64,000 nt of DNA from Candidatus Eiseniibacteriota bacterium (GTDB taxonomy: Bacteria > Orphanbacterota > Orphanbacteria > Orphanbacterales > Orphanbacteraceae): the NCBI GenBank assembly GCA_043809585.1, contig JBDROZ010000072.1, positions 1 through 64,000 of the forward strand, written 5' to 3'. Under the pieces are notes generated by a model, which was not told the origin of the DNA, did not search any database, and saw only the letters and a list, made by a program, of their open reading frames with translations. Numbering within the stretch: the first letter of the stretch is position 1; every line of letters begins with the position of its first letter. Shown here one piece after another: positions 61,695-64,000 of this stretch. A program made the translations under genes and the position numbers.

Positions 61695-62808
61695 TCACTC
61701 CTCCCCTTCGTCCTTCACCGAGGAAGGAACGAACGAACCGGCCACCCGGACGGCCGCCGCCTCACGGTTCCGGATGCGGATCGAGAAACCTTCCTTCTCG
61801 TTCGAAACCGCGGCGTCCACGTACGCGAGGGCGATGCCCCTCTCGAGAGTGGGCGAGAAGCCGCCGCTCGTCACGGTGCCCGCCTCCCGGCCCTCGTGAA
61901 TCACCGGATAGCCCGGCCGCGGGATATCCCTGGGACCGAGCCGGAAACCGACGATCTTCCGGGCCGCCCCGTTCGCCTTGGCCGCGAGGTACGCCTCCCG
62001 GCCGACGAAATCCCCGTCCTTCTTCCGCACCGTCCATCCCAGCCCCGCCTCGACGGGGCTCGTGTCCTCGCCGATGTCGTTTCCGTAGAGACAGTATCTC
62101 ATCTCGAGCCGGAGCGAATCCCGGGCGCCGAGTCCAATCGGGACCAGCCCCTCGTCCGCGCCCGCTTCGAGCAGGGCGTCCCAGATCTTCGGGCCCTCGT
62201 CCCAGGGCATGTAGATCTCGAACCCGAGCTCCCCCGTGTAACCGGTGCGGGAGACGAGGGCGTGGACCCCGAGCACCTCGGTCCAGAGGGCGCGGTAGTA
62301 GGGAAGACCTGTGGCGTCCGCCCCGGTGATCTTCGCGAGAATCTCCCGTGAGCGGGGCCCCTGCACGGCGATCTGGCTCGTTCTCGCGGAGCCGTCCTCC
62401 ACCGTGACGCCGCCCCCGCACTTCCCCTTCACCCAGGCGAGGTCCTTCTCTCTGTTCGCCGCGTTCACCACGAGAATAACCGAATCGGGCATCTTGTAGA
62501 CGAGGATGTCGTCCACGATCCCGCCCCGGTCGTTCAGGAGGAGAGCGTACTGGACTTCGCCCGGTTCCCGGTCCGAGATCCGGGCGGTGGTGATCCGGTC
62601 GACTTCCGCCTCCCGCCGCTCCCCCCGGAAGACGAACTCCCCCATGTGGGAGACGTCGAAGAGCCCGGCCCGTTCCCGGACCGCCCGGTGCTCCTCGAGG
62701 ATGGAGGAGTAGTGGACCGGCATCTCCCACCCCGCGAAGGGAACCATCTTCCCCCCCGCGGCGAGGTGGCATTCGTAGAGGGCCGTCCGGAGCGGCCGTT
62801 TCGTCTCG

Positions 62809-62819
<11 letters not shown>
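61695..62819 (-). CDS. gcvT: Glycine cleavage aminomethyltransferase T
   Basis: [26 protein letters not shown] and [11 protein letters not shown] motifs. Confidence 0.97.

Positions 62820-64000
<1,181 letters not shown>

Overview
High-GC, almost entirely minus-strand chromosomal segment from a diderm, LPS-making bacterium. SprA, PorV, a T9SS-like C-terminal domain, split GcvP and HPrK suggest an FCB-group lineage outside Bacteroidota (inference). It holds: (1) the rimP-nusA-ylxR/L7Ae-infB-DUF503-rbfA-truB-ribF-rpsO-pnp cluster, preceded by sprA and an M28 glutaminyl-cyclase-like lipoprotein; (2) lptFG on the + strand; (3) kdsB-pyrG-kdsA-kdsD, then lipid A acyltransferase-lptC-lptB-rpoN-hpf-hprK-ptsH-ptsI-pgi/pmi-nucleotidyltransferase, then ahcY; (4) rplU-rpmA, RNase E/G, nadD, bamD and several hypotheticals; (5) an envelope locus: TonB-dependent receptor, T9SS-CTD surface protein, PorV-like barrel, GWxTD protein, ExbB-ExbD-ExbD-TonB, then Yip1-TolC-ABC ATPase-NlpC/P60; (6) partial uvrA-gcvT-gcvH-gcvPA-gcvPB-oppD-oppF. 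No rRNA, tRNA, CRISPR array or transposase was recognised. Best leads: the TBDR/T9SS-cargo/PorV/GWxTD/TonB-ExbBD module read together with sprA; two sigma54 promoter matches (sprA, and the operon containing rpoN); a 17-bp repeat that amplifies the exbB stop/exbD start junction; a MITE-like fold-back element upstream of ahcY; a GcvH with an E2-like lipoyl turn; and a possible frameshifted YlxR-L7Ae fusion. All calls come from motif recognition by eye, and many starts were re-assigned from the ORF track using RBS context.
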